64,000 nt of DNA from Octopus vulgaris (lineage: Eukaryota): positions 79,546,001 through 79,610,000 of the forward strand of contig OX597826.1 in assembly GCA_951406725.2 (NCBI GenBank), in the 5' to 3' direction. Shown here piece after piece: positions 26,092 to 40,569 of this stretch. The position numbers and the translations under genes are program-made. Each line of letters opens with the position of its first letter. Position 1 is the stretch's first letter. The notes below the pieces were generated by a model. It was given only the letters and a program-made list of their open reading frames with translations. It was not told the DNA's origin and did no database searches.

Positions 26092-26660
26092 TCACCGTAG
26101 CTCCATGGTTAGAGTGTTAGGCTCACAATTTTAAGGTTCTGGTTTCGATTCCCGGCGGCGCGTTGTGTTCTTGAGCAAGACACTTTATTTCACGTTGCTG
26201 AAACCCACTCAACTGGCAAAAATGAGCAGTACCTATTTCTTTACAACACACAAGGGGTTAAACACAGAGGGGACAAACAAGGACAGACACATGGATTAAG
26301 TCGATTACATCGACCCCAGTGCGTAACTGGTACTTATTTAATCGACCCCGAAAGGATGAAAGGTAAAGTCGACCTCGGCAGAATTTGAACTCAGAACGTA
26401 GCGGCAGACGAAATACCGCTCAGCATTTCGCCCGGTATGCTAACGTTTCTGCTAGCTCGCCGCCTTAATGAGCAGTACCTGTAATTCAAAAGGGGCCAAC
26501 CTTGTCACAGTGTGTGTCATGCTGCATCTTCCCTGAGAACTACGTTAAGAGTACGCGTGTCTGTGGAGTACTCAGCCACTTTCACATTAATTTCAGGAGA
26601 AGGCTGTTCCGTTGATAGGTTCAACTGGGAAACTCGTCGTCGTAACCGACGGAGTACCAG
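26092..26660 (+). mobile_element. SINE family C (tRNA head, CORE-like TTGAGCAAGACACTT domain), split by a family A insertion
   Basis: A box TAGCTCCATGG, B box GTTTCGATTCC; body continues after the TSD. Confidence 0.75.
26235..26466 (-). mobile_element. SINE family A (tail type 1), 14-bp TSD
   Basis: AATGAGCAGTACCT at 26221-26234 and 26467-26480. Confidence 0.93.
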
Positions 26661-27251
26661 TTACATTATCAATTTATTTACTTAGCTGGTAATTCAACAT
26701 GATATTTACGTGATCCAAATTAATAAAGAAAATCTTCATAGCTCTTAAAGGTAACGCAGGACTACCAAATACAAAAATGAATATTCGGAATGTAGTAAAT
26801 ACCAATTCGGAATACGATTGGCCGCAATTGTTCTCTCCTCCCATGTAATCAGACATATCTTTACATGTATATACAACCCATACATAAATGTTTTAGAAGA
26901 ATAATACAACCGTTGTATATCTAAGTGATATAGATATAGAAATCAAATAAATAAATTAAGAATTTATTTCATTTTCAAAAACAACGTTCGCTTTCTTTTT
27001 CGATCTATTGCGTTAACATAAATTGCATTTTGAGCTTCATCTGAGTTAAGATTTTTTAAGTAAAAATTAACATTTTTAATTTACGAAATCAATTTTCGTT
27101 CATAGGAAATATATATATATTAAAAAAAAAAATTCCTATATTTATATGCATATAAAATCAATTTATATATTTACATACACACACATGCATAAATGAACAG
27201 AGATGAATACAAATACGATTCATGATGATTGTTTTGTCCTCTCTCTCTATT

Positions 27252-27555
<304 letters not shown>

Positions 27556-28130
27556 CCCACACACATATGTCTACCTTTTCTCCTTTTGCTTCATTATTTC
27601 AGTTTCATTCGAAAATAATTCTACATTATTCATTACAAATAAATTTCACTTTTTTTTTTGTTTAAGTTATCCGAAAACGTCGCATCAACTGTGATCTCCT
27701 GAACAAGATGGCGAATATGTTACATTGCTGTCGTCTAGGTGCAATGTGACTCTGTGACCTAAAGCTTCGAACATACTTGCTTACATGGAGATTTATTAAT
27801 TAAAATTCCACAGCATCCCCCTCCCCACACACACGTACGCACGAATGCAGAGAATAAAAACACAAAATGCGATTGGTCACCGACCGGAAAATATATAATA
27901 TATACACACCTATACATATACACACTATCACAAGATATACACAAACATATATGAGTATTTATATATATATACGCATGTGCATATAAACACACATACACAC
28001 ACAAATACATACACATACACTTATTGGTACGTTGGTTTATGTCAGACAAAAGAGACCAGAGTGCTCAATACTTGTGGAGGAGATGGATTTTTAATGAAAC
28101 TGAGACTGACAGTTTGTCTGGCGAATTGAG

Positions 28131-28201
<71 letters not shown>

Positions 28202-28483
28202 GTCTGTCTGTCTATCTGTCTGTCTGTCTGTCTGTCTGTATGCCTGCCTGCTTGTCTGTCCGTCTGCCTGTGTATCTATCTGTCTATCTGTCCGTTTATT
28301 GATACACCCACACACACCCACACATTCACATATAAAGTTGATAAAGGAAACGGAAGATGTGTTTAGTACGAATCTTTATTCAGCACGATGATCGTTTCGA
28401 CACATCTTGCATCTGAAAATTATCCACATACATACATATACATAAACACACACACGCATATATATATATATATATATATATAT

Positions 28484-28670
28484 AGGGAGAATTCACAAAA
28501 ACAAAACAAAAGGCGAAGACAGGTGTATTAGTATAACGCTCGGGAAGTGAAAAAGTCTTTAACGTTTCGAGCCTACGCTCTTCCACAGAAAGGAACACAG
28601 AAAGAAACAAGGAGAGAAAATAAGGAATGTGTAGTGGCTAGCGATCTATCGTGGTGAATGCCGGACAGGA
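28484..28670 (-). mobile_element. Penelope pLTR-like repeat with A6U hammerhead motif (28556-28593)
   Basis: reverse complement reads CTTT-CTGTGGA-A-GAGC-GTAG-GCTC-GAAA-CG-TT-AAAG; (TA)n on both sides. Confidence 0.72.
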
Positions 28671-29482
28671 TTAATATATATATATGTATATATATTAATA
28701 TATACATATATCAAGTATGTATATGTTTCTGTGTGTGCGTATTCAGAGAGAAAGTGAGAGAGATGGAGAGAGGGAGAAGGAGGGTGAAAGAGAGAAGAGA
28801 GAGAGAGATAAAGAGAGAGAGGTTGTTTTATTTTTACAAGAACATAAAAACATCCATGTATTAGCATTTTGTAGCCTTTGATAAATATTCGTCATCTAAA
28901 CAGATTTACATATTCTTATTGCCGATCTGTTATTGTTCAGTCTCGTGTCTACAGAGACTCGGTTTGAGAGTGAAAAAAAAAATTCGCTCCATAATGTAAA
29001 TCTTGTTTATCATACACGTAACACAAAAACATACAAACACACACAAACACTAGCAAATGCAGATATCGGAAGTAATAAATGTCCATTATTGTATGTATGT
29101 GTGTCAGTGTGTGCATGTATGTATGTGTATATATATATATATATATATAATATATAAAACATATGTATATAACGTATAACATATACATACAAACACAAAC
29201 ACACACACATATATATATATATATATACCTCCCCCCGCCACTATTTCTGTGTATTTATATGTATATATGCATACATATATATACAAATATATGCCTCTCT
29301 TTCTCTTTCCTTCTCTCTCTCTCTCCCTCCCGCTATATATATATATATATATATATGATGATTTCTTTTGAATGAAACAGTTCTAGTCCTGTAGAAGCTC
29401 CTTCTATAAAATAAATTAATTTTACTCTGCTATGTATTGAGTACCTTATTTACTGTGGTTAACCCCGACTCAACTCAGGACC

Positions 29483-29542
<60 letters not shown>

Positions 29543-31007
29543 TATACATATATATATACATATATATTCTTGCTTTTACAGACGTGAAGTTGTTTTAAAA
29601 CATACATATGCGTGTGTGTGTGTGTGTGTGTGTGCTTGTGCAGGGAAGCAGTGTAGTAAATTTTGCCTAGTTATGGTGTATCTATGCACAGGGAACATAC
29701 GTGTGATTCGACTTTCATTTTCGGATGATACGAGATGTTTTCGTTGTGTGTACATTCCAGAGACCAATTACTGTTTTTTCCAGACCCTCCAATACGACTG
29801 CTATACTTCTATTGTTGAATGCTTTCCAAAGATTTTTCTCTACTCTTTGTCAAAGAATATTGTTAGCTAACATTTAATATTTTTGCTAATCACCAATTTG
29901 CTAATCACACTCCGCTGTGATTATCTGAGATTTTGCAAACATTTGAAATAATCAGTCCCACTAATTAACATCAGTGGGTTTCTTCTGTTTCGTTTCGTCT
30001 TCTTTACATACCTTGCTTCATGAGAATCTTTTCTTGGATTTCAAATTAAGACAGCGAGACTCTAATCATTATTTTGCGATGATGTTTTTGCCACAGGTTA
30101 TTGGCCTCGTTATTTTGCGCCGGTTTGGTGAAATCTAATAGACTTAACAACAGAAGTTTTAACAGAAAATTATTTTGGTGAAAATTAGGACTAGACCACC
30201 CAACGAGCCCTCCTGTTTTGAAGATGGTAGAGGAAGATTCTATTACGTTGATTTGAGCGCTATTTCTAGCATATTCAGAAACAGCACCGCTACACGCTCG
30301 CACGTATGGCTCAAGGTTTTTGTCACATATTTTCATTTAATATGCATGCAGTGAATCTTCTCCTATTAAAGAATCTGAAATTAACTTCTCTACTCCAGCA
30401 AGCTTCTCTTTTAATCAATCTTATTTGATGATTCTATCTAAATCTTGATAAAAATAAATAGCACTTAGCAACTTGGTATTTCATTTATCTTAATACGTTC
30501 TATTTCGCAATTTCTCGAATGCAGAACGGATTTCCTATTGTAATGTTATTGATAGAAGCGATAAAGATAGACGAAACTCTAGTTTCCTATTCCCCTACTT
30601 TCCTTATATTTACACCAAATATCGATTGCATACACTTCATATGAATGCTTCCATGCATCATAATGTTCTTCATGCATAGGGACCAAGAGTCAGAACCTGG
30701 AAAGAAAATTTTAGGAATAAATAGAACAATATTCGGGATGCTAGGTTAGTCTTGCACAAATCGGGAGCCATACAATGCTTGACTTGGTTTTATTTCGAGA
30801 AATACATCATCAATGCTGGCGCTAGAATTACCTAAATATCTGCAGAAATTCTCGCAACGCTATGAGTAGAATTTCATGCTTCAATTGAAGGGGTTTGTGT
30901 AGACATTTAAAATTACGAATGATATATATTTCTGATATTCAAACACACATTGCACAAATACGCACACAAACGTTCATACACAAAACGTGTGTGTGAATTG
31001 ATATATT

Positions 31008-31281
31008 CTTTTACTTGTTTCAGTCATTTGACTGCGGTCATACTGGAGCACCGCCTTGAAAGGTTTTACTAAAAAAAAAAAATCGATCACAGGGCTTATT
31101 TTTTTTAAAGCCTAGTACTTATACTATCGGTCTCTTTCGCTGAACGGCTAAGTAACGGGGGACATAAATTCACTAACACCGGTTGTCAAATGGTAAAGGG
31201 GGCAGAGCCACAGACACAAAGACACACGCATCTCTCTCTCTCTCTCTCTGTATGTATACGCACACACACACACGCATATAT

Positions 31282-31315
<34 letters not shown>

Positions 31316-31343
31316 ACAGAGGGATAGATAGAAGTCCGTTGTA

Positions 31344-31375
<32 letters not shown>

Positions 31376-31525
31376 CAACGGACTTCTTCCAGTTTCCGTC
31401 TACCAAAGCCACAGACAAGGCATTGGTCGGCCCGAAGCTAAAGTAGAAGACACTTGCCCAACGTGCCACACAGTGGGTTTGATCCTGGAACCATGCAGTG
31501 GGAAAGCAAGCTACTTACCATACAG

Positions 31526-31527
<2 letters not shown>
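31008..31527 (-). mobile_element. SINE family B with expanded microsatellite middle
   Basis: tail TTTTACTTGTTTCAGTCATTTGACTGCGG.. at 31008; head half at 31377-31527. Confidence 0.85.
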
Positions 31528-31582
<55 letters not shown>

Positions 31583-31624
31583 TACATACACACACACACA
31601 CACGCACACACACACATATATATG

Positions 31625-31752
31625 CACCACCTTTAGTTGAAGAAATCGCCCCCAGGACTTATTCTTTGTAAGCCTAATACTTATTCTATCGGTCTCTTTT
31701 GCCGAACCACAAAGTTTCGGGGACATAAACACACCAACATCAGTTGTCAAGC
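31625..31752 (-). mobile_element. SINE family B, 3' part
   Basis: CCCCAGGACTTATTCTTTGTAAGCCTA..GCCGAACC. Confidence 0.8.
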
Positions 31753-32370
31753 GAAGAGGGAATTTCCAAAAAGGTAAGTTATTATGAGATATCAGAAGGA
31801 ATAATTGTGTGATTGTTGGCGCTGGCAGGCGTTGTTGGTGACTAGAATGGTAGAAGATGGTCGGAAAGGTGGCGCTAGTGTCTTCGAAGATATATGAATC
31901 TCACAATTCATTTTACTGCACGATAAGCACAAGTCAAGTCTTACAACATTATACACATTCATTAATGTATAAAACAATATCAAAATATTGCACCAAATTT
32001 AGAATATGAAGACCAAGTGTTCGGTTGGATAGGGTTGCGATGACAGCAACATCCGCATCAATATAAAGAACTTGAATTACTTTCCAGTGCAAAATGCATA
32101 CACAATAAATTACCGGAGTATTCGGGTCTGACCTGACCTTTGACCGAATACATTTATAAATTTCATAAGTTTGGATATGAGATTCATAAATATATATGTA
32201 AAGAAAAACATGAGTAGTTCTGAACAATTAAGTAAACGATACGGCGAAGGGCATGTCGATAACATGGAATGCAATCCAGAAACACGATTTCTCGGCAGAT
32301 AACGGCGACATCACCCGACGCATCGGGCAAGGGTCTCCACTTTTTGAGAGGCTTCAAGTATGTCATGTTT

Positions 32371-32827
32371 ATAAAGCATGGCCTAGATGTTGCAGGCTTC
32401 CCTTCTCAGCTCGAGGGACGGTAAAAGGTCGGACGGTTTGACAGTTTTCCTGTTCCGTGGCGGTAGACCTCTTATCTGGGATGCCACATGCTGTGACACC
32501 TTCTCCAGTGGTCACTTGGTGTTGTCAGCTACCATCTCAGGCACCGCTGTTCGTCAACCTGTCGAGGTATCGGTCACTCTCTGACAGGTTTATGGTCGAG
32601 CCTGTGACAGGGGAAATCTCCGACGCTCTTGTCGCCCTCCACGACCATATCCTGCTCACCGCTGTCGGGGCAGAGATTGCTGTTCGCGTGCTCCGTGAGT
32701 CACAGTGACTGCTCCAGCGCATCTTGGTCGCCATCCTCAATGGGGTAGCGCCAAATGGGGCAATGCCAAGTGAGGCAACGCCTTCTCTATTTTGTCTGCT
32801 GGTGTCGTGAGAAATGTTGAAATATGA
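32371..32827 (+). pseudogene. CRE-clade RLE non-LTR retrotransposon 3' fragment
   Basis: frameshifted IKHGLDVAGFPSQLE / RDGKRSDGLTVF..GGRPLIWDATCCDTF / YRSLSDRFMVEPVTGEISDAL..LLQRILVAI / RGNAFSIL, matching DGKRPDG..WDAT..RGNA motifs of CRE endonucleases. Confidence 0.82.
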
Positions 32828-35752
32828 TGGAAGAAAGTGGCCTTGTAAGCAGTTAAACAGTAACTGAGAGATCGAAGTCTTTATGGTCTGCTATCTCCAC
32901 TACGAAATAATTATAACCTGTTGCTGTCACCTCTATTCTTCTATGTATTCGTCAGGCAACTAAAAAAAATTATTTGTGTCATACTACGCCGATAGTATTT
33001 ATGTTCTGAAGGTCGACCTCTATCTAAGATTTCTTTTTGGCTCGCAATATTAACCAAGCTATTTTTGTTAATGTCTACGTGGCGAGAAATATTTGTTAAT
33101 CGCTAGTGTCTGCATTTACATTTACTTTGCAAAAGTGTTCGCTTGTATTTTTCTGTTTATTTTCGAAAGCGTCGATGTCTGCATTTGTGTATGCAATTGC
33201 ATCTGCTTGTTTAAATGTTAACAATTTTTCTTTTGTCCTTTTTGTATAGACTATGCTTTCATTTTCACAATATTCAACAAAATTAACATCGAAAGATTTT
33301 GGAACCTGATCGGATCTAACTCCTTTTATGATAATACCTCTTACAGCTACCCCAGACGAAGAAAAAGACATCTATACAAAAATTGAAAAAAAAAAATATT
33401 TTTAAACTTAAATTTGCAAAAACCAAATCTTGTGACTACTTTGGTACTTTGGTGTAATGAAGCAGACGTTTAACAATTCCAGAAATTTTTTGTTTGTAAA
33501 GAATCCGAAACGAAAGTTTTTTTTGTTTCATGAAACGAAACGAGGTAAAACCTAAAATTGTTGAGAGTTTAGCGAATTATAAGTAAATCTTAAAATTTAA
33601 TTATCTGCAATAATTTTTGAAGATTGTTAATAACATTATCTTCACAAGAAAAGACATAACTTTGGTGTTAATTTTGATTTTAATCGCATGTTGTTTACTC
33701 CACACTTACACATGACTGAGAACCGGGTGGTTTAAACGATTCGAAGAGAAAATACAGAAACTAATTACCATTTGGGCAGTTTTTAATATTTCCAGTCTTT
33801 TAGAGTTACGAAATGAAGTAATATAAACATGCTTGGCCTACCGTTGTACCAGCTATTATGAGAATTTGATGCCCCAAAGCTTTAAATCACTTATGGGCAA
33901 ACGGAAGCAAGCAAAGAGGCAACGTTTTATCCTAAACAAGTAAACCTAAATAACAACAGCGACAAACAACGAAGACGAAAATAAATATGAAGCAAATATA
34001 CAGGTTTTCTTGATTGTCAAACTAACCCCCATTTTTGACCCCTTAGGTAAGCGTACTTTCTTCTCTCCGCAACTACAATGGCCTCTGCATCCTGGAACTA
34101 TGTAGATGTATGTCATCTCTACATAGGAATACTCGACCTGCTTGCCTCTTCTCTTGTCATCTCTCTTCTTGAGTTCCTGCGCATTAATCGCTACACGCAT
34201 ATCTTCCTTCACAGAATATCAGCCTCCCAGAACTCATTTCTTGCCATTATTTTTCCTGCATTGGTTGATTGCACCAATTTCACTGGCCTTGGAAGGTTTG
34301 TGATGACCACAGGAACCACTTCTTCCTCCAGATTCAGCCGAAAGGAGTAGGATTGCATTGTTCCTTATTTTTATTGTTTTATGATGTCAGCGTGTGATTT
34401 GCTTAAATTTGGGTCACTAACTGTAGCAGATCGCAAGCTCAAAAGGTGTGCTCCGGTTTATCACGCAAAGGAAGAGCACGAAGGCATATTATTCGTAATT
34501 TTCCCAAAGGCATCATTGAAGTAAAGAAACCAGAATGGCGCGTAACTTCAATTATATCTTCTCGGTACATAAATAGACATAGATCTAAAATAGAGGTGTA
34601 TAAATGAACGATACATGTGATAAGTGAAAGAACGAATGTACACATCGTTCTTTGCTTTGTTAAGTTTCTTTTATGTTAATGGATTTGTAGAACAGGAGCA
34701 AATGTAACATGGTCATACATTCAACAGACCCTGAATCATATATTCACAAATTCAACCAATAGAATGCTACCATAGAGACACTTAGTTAAAATATGTATTT
34801 CTATTTTGCACTCAGTTCTCAGCAGCTGAGCTAACCGATGTATCCATCTATTTGATTTTTGTATTGATTTCCTCATTTCGATAAAATCAATAGAGATATT
34901 TATTTTCCAATAAAGCCAGTGGAATGTTTTGATGTTGAATATCTTAATATTTGCATCTAAAATCGTTCCACCGATACCGTTATTTCAAATATAACGTTGA
35001 TGAGATTACTATGCGAACAAAGGCACAAACTAGTTTGGTGTTTTTGTCAAAGAAGATTTCGAGAAGCATATAATCCCTAAATTCTATAATTACAAACCTT
35101 TAAGTAAATTCTTGGCTTTAATAAATAAAACTAAAAGGTTATCTCATGGTTATATATATATATATATATATACATATATTATACATGTGTGTGTCTGTGT
35201 CTGTGAGTGTGCGTGTATGTATTTCTGTGTGTGTGTGTGTGTGATATTTCGGGCTTTGAAAGAAACATTAAATGTTAGTGTTATAACACACGCTTAACGT
35301 TTTTTCTGTTATTCTGTTTATTTTTCTCTCTCAATTAATTAATAAAGATGTGCTTCGGTTTTGAATTTTCGTCCCATAAAAACACGTTAATTTGCTTTTA
35401 TTATGAAAAAAAAAAAAGAGACGAAAAAAGGCGAAATGTGACATAAACCTTTCAAAGTGATCGATCACAAGTTGAAACCTATGTGAATTATATAAAGCCA
35501 TAAAGACATGTAAAAATCGATAGAGCATCGAAATGTTACATTTGCGACTTCAATTATGAACCAACGTTGACTTAGCTCATCTTGTATTATAATCATTCAA
35601 AAAATACGTTTATTAAATGCAGTCCCGTCTTTTCTATTGGCTAATCTCACTCTTCGGAAAACATAAGTGGAGAATAGTCAGTTATATGGGTCTATTTAAG
35701 ACCCTTGCTTGTGAGTTCGTTCAACAAAGCTAAGCTCTGGATTCCATTTATT

Positions 35753-35781
<29 letters not shown>

Positions 35782-35783
<2 letters not shown>

Positions 35784-35995
35784 GGCGGCGAGCCAGCAGA
35801 CACGTTAGCACACCGGGCGAAATGCTTAGCAGTATTTCGTCTGCCGCTACGTTCTGAGTTCAAATTCCGCCGAGGTCGACTTTGCATTTCACCCTTTCGG
35901 GGTCGATAAATTAAGTACCAGTTGCGTACTGGGGTCGATCTAATTGACTGGCCGCTTCCCCCGAAATTTCAGGCCTTGTGCCTAGTGTAGAAAAG
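35782..35995 (+). mobile_element. SINE family A (tail type 2), full length
   Basis: AAGGCGGCGAGCCAGCAG..GGCCTTGTGCCTAGTGTAGAAAAG. Confidence 0.92.
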
Positions 35996-36023
35996 TATAT
36001 ATGTATGTAAGTATGTATGTATG

Positions 36024-36061
<38 letters not shown>

Positions 36062-36110
36062 AGTGTGTGTGTGAGTGTGTGTGTCAGTGTGTGTGTACGT
36101 GTATGTGTGT

Positions 36111-36145
<35 letters not shown>

Positions 36146-36163
36146 TATATATATTCATTTATA

Positions 36164-36353
36164 CGAGGGAGAGGTGAAAAGTTCCTAGGTTTAAGGGTAT
36201 TGCGAAAGGCCTGGTCGGAGCCTTTTCAGGGCTTAGAAAAAATGAAGGACTGCTGCAATAAATGTGTAAATCTGAGAGGGGAATATGAGAGGGGAAAATC
36301 ATAATCCTGTATTTCTTTTACCCAAACACAGGAACTTTCCAGCACCTCTTCAC
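36164..36353 (+). mobile_element. mariner-derived MITE
   Basis: GGTGAAAAGTTCCT / AGGAACTTTCCAGCACC ends; remnant NKCVNLRGEY; second copy at 40885. Confidence 0.7.
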
Positions 36354-36371
36354 ATATCAATATCAATATCA

Positions 36372-36413
<42 letters not shown>

Positions 36414-36422
36414 GTATATATA

Positions 36423-37650
36423 CCAGGTTGAGTAAAAAGTAAACAACGTTTTGAACTATAAAGAATTTGTACCGGATTCTTGCAAAGTCTTGAATTTATT
36501 TTTAAACATCTTTTTACAATCGTCTGATGATAGACATAGACTTGACCAAATGCATCAATAAATTAACATTGATAATTTTTTCACCATTTTTACAATAATC
36601 TGAAATGGAACTGTCAAACTGCGATATTCGAGCAATTTTTCTATTCAACTTCAAAAAGGAACGTAAAGCAGCTGAAACTGGTCGCAGTACCAACGAAACG
36701 TTTGGTGAGGAAATGACCAGTGAGTGGTCAGCTCGAAAATGGTTCAAACGATTTCGCAGTGAAGATGTGAGCCTTGAAGATCGTGAGCGCAGTGGAAGCC
36801 CATCTGTCATCGATGACGATCAATTAATGACCGTCATTGAGAAAGATCCACATAAAACCATTCGCGATCGGACAAAAGATTTTCAAGTTAACTCGAAAAC
36901 TACCTGCAACCATTTGCATGCGAAGGGAAAATCAAAAACAGCTCGACAAATGGGTAGATATGAAATTTGCTCGTCGCTTCTTTTCCGTAACCTGACCGAT
37001 CTATGTCTCGACCGTATTGTGACTTGCGATGAAAAGTGGATTCTGTACAATAATAAATAACGTTTTTCGTAGTGGTTGGACCAAAATGAAGCACCGAAAA
37101 CCTTCCCTACACCTGAGATCGTCAAAAAGAAGGTTATGGTAAATGTTTGGTGGTGTACTGCTGGGCTCAACCACTATAACTTCTTAACAGCCGGAAAAAC
37201 CATTAGTGCAGAAACATGTTGCCATGAAATTACTAAAATGAAGGAAAATTTGCTACTTTTCCGTCTCAAACTGGTCAACCGAAGAGAGCCAATCATAACA
37301 ATGCTCGACCACATCTTTCACTAATGATGCCCCAGAAGTTGAGGGAACTTGGCTACGAAGTTCTTCCCCACCAAACTTATTCCCTAGATCTTTCTCCTAC
37401 CGACTGCCACTTTTTCAAGAATCTTGAAGGTCTCATGCGAGAAAGTGAAATGCTGAAAGTGCGTTCAAAGAATTCCTCAGCTGCAGGACTCCAGGTGCTT
37501 ATGATACCAGAAGAAACAAACTTGTAATTCGTTGGCAAAAATCTGTTGATTGTAATGATACTTACTTTAAGGAATAACATTCGAGTCGTTGAAATATATT
37601 GTGATGAATTTCATGTTTCAAAACGTTGCTTACTTTTTTACTCAGCTTGA
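36423..37650 (+). mobile_element. mariner transposon (Hsmar1/cecropia-like), decayed
   Basis: TIRs of about 33 bp CCAGGTTGAGTAAAAAGTAAACAACGTTTTGAA / TTCAAAACGTTGCTTACTTTTTTACTCAGCTTGA; TA on both sides. Confidence 0.95.
36605..37577 (+). pseudogene. mariner D,D34D transposase pseudogene
   Basis: HTH (WFKRFRSEDVSLEDRERSG), IVTCDEKWILY, KKVMVNVWW, HNNARPH (D to N), YSLDLSPTDCHFF; stops and frameshifts. Confidence 0.95.
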
Positions 37651-37697
37651 TATATTTATATATATATATATATATATATATACATACATACTTACAT

Positions 37698-37767
<70 letters not shown>

Positions 37768-38039
37768 ATATCTCTCTCTCTCTCTCTCTGAAATGAATAG
37801 AAATAGATTTTATGGTGCGTTTTCCACTTTAATAATCAGAGGTTTATAAGTTTATCTAATTATTTAAGCGGAAAAATTATCAGAAAAGCCATTTCTTTTC
37901 ATTTTTTCAAATATATATATATATATATATATACATACACACACACACATACGCACACACACAGACATATATATATATATACATACACGCACATACACAC
38001 ACACACACACGTATACTGATGTAGTCTCTCGTAGACTGC

Positions 38040-38235
38040 GAAAGACGGTTCTGCCATTTCTTGCCGAACGAACAGCACAAACGATTTGTTTATCGAGATC
38101 AAACGCTTCTGCTGTTCTTTAGCTGAGTCCCGCCATCAAAGCGTTTTGATCAAGAACACAACTGACCACCCGTTTCTGGAATCGAAACCGTGATCTCGCA
38201 ATCGAGTGCAACACCTTAACCACATGGTTATGAGC
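38040..38235 (-). mobile_element. tRNA-headed SINE (family C-like)
   Basis: reverse complement reads GTGGTTAAGGTGTTGCACTC..GGTTTCGATTCC..TTGTGTTCTTGATCAAAAC. Confidence 0.65.
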
Positions 38236-38254
38236 ACACACACAGAGAAACACC

Positions 38255-38331
<77 letters not shown>

Positions 38332-38509
38332 ATGTAACATAAAGATGCATTATCAACAATTTGTTTAGGTAGCATGTGCTTAAAATAGTTTAGCACGGTG
38401 CAGTTATTACATATTGTGGTTTTGCATATTTAATCGATTAATTTAGCCCACAGCTACCGAACTGCTGACTGTGAAAGTTTACATGATACACACACACACG
38501 CATATACGT

Positions 38510-39252
38510 GTATGAACGACCTTCGGACGTTGGGCACCACAGAGGCGATGACAAGAGAATGAGACCTCTAGAGATATACTCTGATTGAGAAGACCCGGCA
38601 AGTAAATTGAGATCACGACCGTAGCCTATACCAGTGTCGCATAACCAGCCCATTTAATAAAGTACCTTTGAATTGTCGGGTCACATGCCATGCCTAAGGA
38701 GACTTATTGTGTCAAGTAAAATCAAAAATCAAAAATCAAAATCAAATTACAATCAGAATTTCAATCAAATTGAAATCAAAAATGGAAATTGTAGTTGTGA
38801 TCGATGCCAGTGTCACCTGACTGGCTCCCGTGCTGGTGGCACGCAACAAGCACCATTCATGAGTGGGTCGTCGCCAGTGCCGCCTGACTGGGTCCCGTGC
38901 TGGTGGAACGCAATAAGCAACATTCATGCGTGGGTCGTTGCCAGTGCCGCCTGATTGGCTCCACGTGCCGGTGGCATGTAAAAATCACCATCTGAACGTG
39001 GTCGATGCTAGGTCCTTCCGCCCCGACTGGCTCCTGTTCCAATGGAAAGTAAAAAACAGTGCCGCCTGACTGGCTCCTGTGCCGATGACACGTAAAAAAC
39101 CACCCCACTACACTCTCGGAGGGCATCCATCTGTAGAAACATTGCCAGATCAGATTGGAGCCTGGTGCAGCCTCCTGGCTTGCCAGTCCCCGGTCGAACC
39201 GTCCAACCCATGCCAGCATGGAAAACCGACGTTAAACGATGATGATGATGAT
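38510..39252 (+). mobile_element. retroelement 3' region with 67-bp tandem units and (GAT)n tail
   Basis: units start at 38805, 38872, 38939 plus partial copies; tail CATGCCAGCATGGAAAACCGACGTTAAACGATGATGATG. Confidence 0.7.
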
Positions 39253-39797
39253 ATATGTGTGTGTGATCACATACACCCAGACCTTAGTTTCGTTCGATCA
39301 GTCGACCTTATACGTCAGCAGTTTGAAATATAATAGAATTTCAGTCAATGGTGTAAGCAATGTTGTAATGATTACGATAATTAACTTCCTGTAGACTGGA
39401 CCCCTTAAAAGTTAAAAAAGAAACGGTAACATTTGACCCAACAGCATTTGAACTCAGAAGCTAAAGAACCGGAACGTACACTAAATATAATTATTCTGGT
39501 ACTCTACCATTTCTGCCAATTAGACGCCGAGTCAGCGGCCAATAAAATAATTACTAGCCAAGCCGAGAGGTTTAGTGAATCGATTACAGTCTCTGCCGAA
39601 ATTTATGGCATTGTGCCAAAGCTGAAAATTGATATTGATGCATTTATCTTTCGGCAATTATAGCGTATTAATAAAAAAAGAGTATCTTCGACATTTTAAT
39701 GGAATCAAATTGCGACCATATTTCTAAATCAAACATCTAATACACTTTCTTTCTCTCCCCCTGTCTCTGTCTGTCTGCTTGCTTGCTTCTCTCTCTC

Positions 39798-40095
<298 letters not shown>

Positions 40096-40195
40096 TTACT
40101 TAAACCTTCCTTGAATGGGTCTTTTACATGCCGAACTCTACTTGGTGAAATTGATTATTATTTCTAAATTAATTAATTTCACCCTTTATTATTGA

Positions 40196-40242
<47 letters not shown>

Positions 40243-40245
<3 letters not shown>

Positions 40246-40440
40246 TTTATGGTCCATTCAAGTAGTGAGTTCTTGTTGATTGAGTTGTATCCAGGTATGA
40301 GTGGCTTATCCAATATTCGTTGAAGAAATCTATCCAGACTCCGTTTAAAGTTGATGGGATCCTTTTCTCTTTGATCTCTTTCGGGACAATGTTAAACAGG
40401 GCAAGGCCTGTTGAAGAAAAGAAATTATGTTGCAGTGTAC
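40243..40440 (-). pseudogene. CR1/L2-group LINE ORF2 C-terminal fragment
   Basis: HNFFSSTGLALFNIVPKEIKE / KDPINFKRSLDRFLQRILDKPLIPGYNSINKNSLLEW. Confidence 0.75.
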
Positions 40441-40469
40441 CTATATATATATAATTTTGTCAATCTACT

Positions 40470-40545
40470 TTATTATTCAGGTAACTGTTTGAAATCGAAC
40501 TCGGGGTTAGTAGCCCGCGCTCTTAACCACTACGCCATATACCCG
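40470..40545 (-). mobile_element. second copy of the tRNA-like head of the 11494 element
   Basis: reverse complement reads TGGCGTAGTGGTTAAGAGCGCGGGCTACTAACCCC-GAGTTCGATTTC..ACCTGAATAATAA. Confidence 0.8.
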
Positions 40546-40569
40546 TAGGTATACACACACACACACGCA

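Noticed and set aside
33946-34360. Higher-GC stretch with short ORFs on both strands
   Set aside because: No recognisable motif or paired splice sites; BLASTx needed.
38805-39105. CRISPR-like array
   Set aside because: Whole units are repeated with no unique spacers, no cas genes, eukaryotic context.
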